Below, piece by piece: positions 63,301 to 64,000 of a DNA stretch of 64,000 nucleotides (position 1 is its first letter; each line of letters begins with the position of its first letter). The notes under the pieces were generated by a model that was not told the origin of the DNA, searched no databases, and was given only the letters and a program-made list of their open reading frames with translations. The stretch is from Eutreptiella sp. 'Long Island Sound 2002' (lineage: Eukaryota > Protista > Euglenida): the NCBI GenBank assembly GCA_964036045.1, contig OZ038379.1, forward strand, positions 44,206,001-44,270,000, read 5' to 3'. The position numbers and the translations under genes were made by a program.

Positions 63301-63992
63301 ACAACCATTCGTAGGGCAGTCGACCCTGGTTTGGCAACCAGGAAACAGGGACTGCAGTGATGGGGGTAGTCCCCCTGCTTATATTCTTCAACGAGGCCAG
63401 CATCAATACATTCCTGGATCTGGCGCTCGATTTCTTCAACCTGTTCCTGTGGAGCGGGATAGGGACGACGCCTCACTCGCGTCTTTTCAAATTCAGGTTT
63501 CAGTTTCAGGTCCATCTGGACCAGTTTTTTACAAGAGAGGGGAGGCGGCAAGGCGCCGAACACCTCCCCATAGGTTATCAGCAGTTTCTTCAGTCGGGGG
63601 TCAAGGTTAAGACTCTCGAGTTTCTGCAGGAACTCCTCCTCAGCATGGAGGTTGCTCTTTCCATGTTCTTTCTTTTTCTGCCGATCAGCAGTTTCGACAG
63701 GCACACAAACATGGTCCCACTTAGGGGGACATTGCTGCCCATAGTGCAGAGAATACACTAGCGGTATCTCAGGATCAGGCAGCGTATAGGAATCATCGTC
63801 CTCCTCAGACCAGATGGAGGATTTCCAGGTCTGTCTGAGGTATTGCAGCCGCTCCTGGCGTTCAATACCTTGGGCCTTCAGGTACAACAGCCGCCGGAGT
63901 TCCTGAGTGTCATCCTCAGACAATGGCATGTTATTAGAAGCAGGTCGCGCCAGAGCATCAGCACTCCAGGCCTCGGGTTCACCTATGTGCAC
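60384..63992 (-). CDS. pol: Ty3/Gypsy chromovirus-like Pol (RT-RNase H-integrase-chromodomain), uninterrupted 1202 aa; 5' part probably beyond the window
   Basis: RT: SPCFLVAKPG, RMVVDY, MPFGVANAPALFQ, HIDD. RH: TDAS, YDQELL, CDQ. IN: HLSSGH..CGC, YVDF, HSD, ERQNR, FGPY. Chromodomain: YVVAGI..WDGYGLSEATWEP. Confidence 0.95.
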   Translation of the reverse strand: MHIGEPEAWSADALARPASNNMPLSEDDTQELRRLLYLKAQGIERQERLQYLRQTWKSSIWSEEDDDSYTLPDPEIPLVYSLHYGQQCPPKWDHVCVPVETADRQKKKEHGKSNLHAEEEFLQKLESLNLDPRLKKLLITYGEVFGALPPPLSCKKLVQMDLKLKPEFEKTRVRRRPYPAPQEQVEEIERQIQECIDAGLVEEYKQGDYPHHCSPCFLVAKPGSTALRMVVDYGEVNKKTQNHSGSIPNMGNTLERIVKCRYKTKVDKRSGYWQVDPTAAAQELLAFITPRGRVFKSKVMPFGVANAPALFQELMNKILYILRRRPLVQELISRGAEMEAHIDDVSLGTNTQEDHVLLLREFFIVCEESHLRIKLEKCEFIKEEMEYLGFDVGYGWWKPAASKMQPLQDMQIRDDSKKGLHDVRSFVGACNFYRRHIHNFTYFPAPLTDLIKKTTPWRWTAREEECFQELKKKIASSNCLGVPRPEGEIVLITDASDVGGGGTIYQWQELNPAELTHCHYRTSGLNRDGLLKHDYPTSEWRLVPLGHWNWKWNQARSNYSTYDQELLAGMLVLSSHTRLLGSNPIVWLCDQEPEKSFQKGPPPEKAKLKRWSTYLSQFKLTVHHIPGIKNELSDYISRNNFDALIGESSEALAGEAFQRMDVQLDLSMRTAGILEGWSLTDYQSEYKEILQTLSTGLEPRVIDGHQWYKNNKYLFYEDRIVVPEARLDGCIQWSHLSSGHTGANRSVDFFRECFYSGLTLTELRSRMQTIVDACGCHASKQSDSRDRGLIPSLTIPYCANSLLYVDFIHGLPHFGGYDSCLVATYGLSRFTRVFPCNKKITGEQTVKMLVEQWFEPYGAPKQVHSDEDVRIRSDTGWYKRVLNALSVEGTTGVPYTHTSNPLCERQNRVVEQNLRILMKQERTKDWVRLVPWAVLTMNSQRSSSTGFTPQELFHGGRPAWFFKTPFPEDFKSPVGDWLEHKQCLANQAGPNLRHIRDRELSRWNRLRRPASFKVGDLVLVHHSGLHSWPRNCLQDPSFGPYRIIRSDGSRIHVRCSPRLGGELLCVPKQLRHYHSPDDLSWDEWRLSDSEVERIDLENSASPEEADKLEEMTADEMAVDGYYVVAGIARQEYKQGWKFLTLWDGYGLSEATWEPMSAFIQPDGSINTIFRTYLVENNEGQLLTRAETMSQRKKRNAFPVSVY

Positions 63993-64000
63993 AGGCTTCA

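Overview
This is a eukaryotic, repeat-saturated window with no recognisable housekeeping gene, rRNA, intact tRNA or CRISPR array. The style suggests a large protist genome, but the taxon cannot be fixed from the sequence. From left to right: (1) a 1.86-2.56 kb-unit satellite with (TG)n blocks, interrupted by a decayed 6.6-kb APE-RT-RNaseH-CCHC LINE; (2) a second LINE remnant; (3) a + strand Ty3/Gypsy 5' region whose LTR-like repeat carries a 3.86-kb pogo-type DDD transposon (an empty-site paralogue lies at 57.6 kb), a 93-bp retroposed insert and a ~2.6-kb direct duplication around a T-poor 2.5-kb insert, followed by decayed gag-pro; (4) unknown decayed ORFs beside a 245-bp palindrome array; (5) a ~10-kb diverged ~70-80-bp satellite hosting a 1.7-kb TIR element and a 1.59-kb TRIM-like element; (6) a + strand integrase-chromodomain fragment tail-to-tail with an uninterrupted minus-strand chromovirus-like pol (RT-RH-IN-chromo) that runs off the window end. 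The most unusual object is the TRIM-like element at 51818-53407. It has TG..CA direct repeats and a 5-bp TSD, its interior is a giant fold-back, and an inverted LTR copy abuts the 3' LTR. All identities quoted are approximate hand counts.
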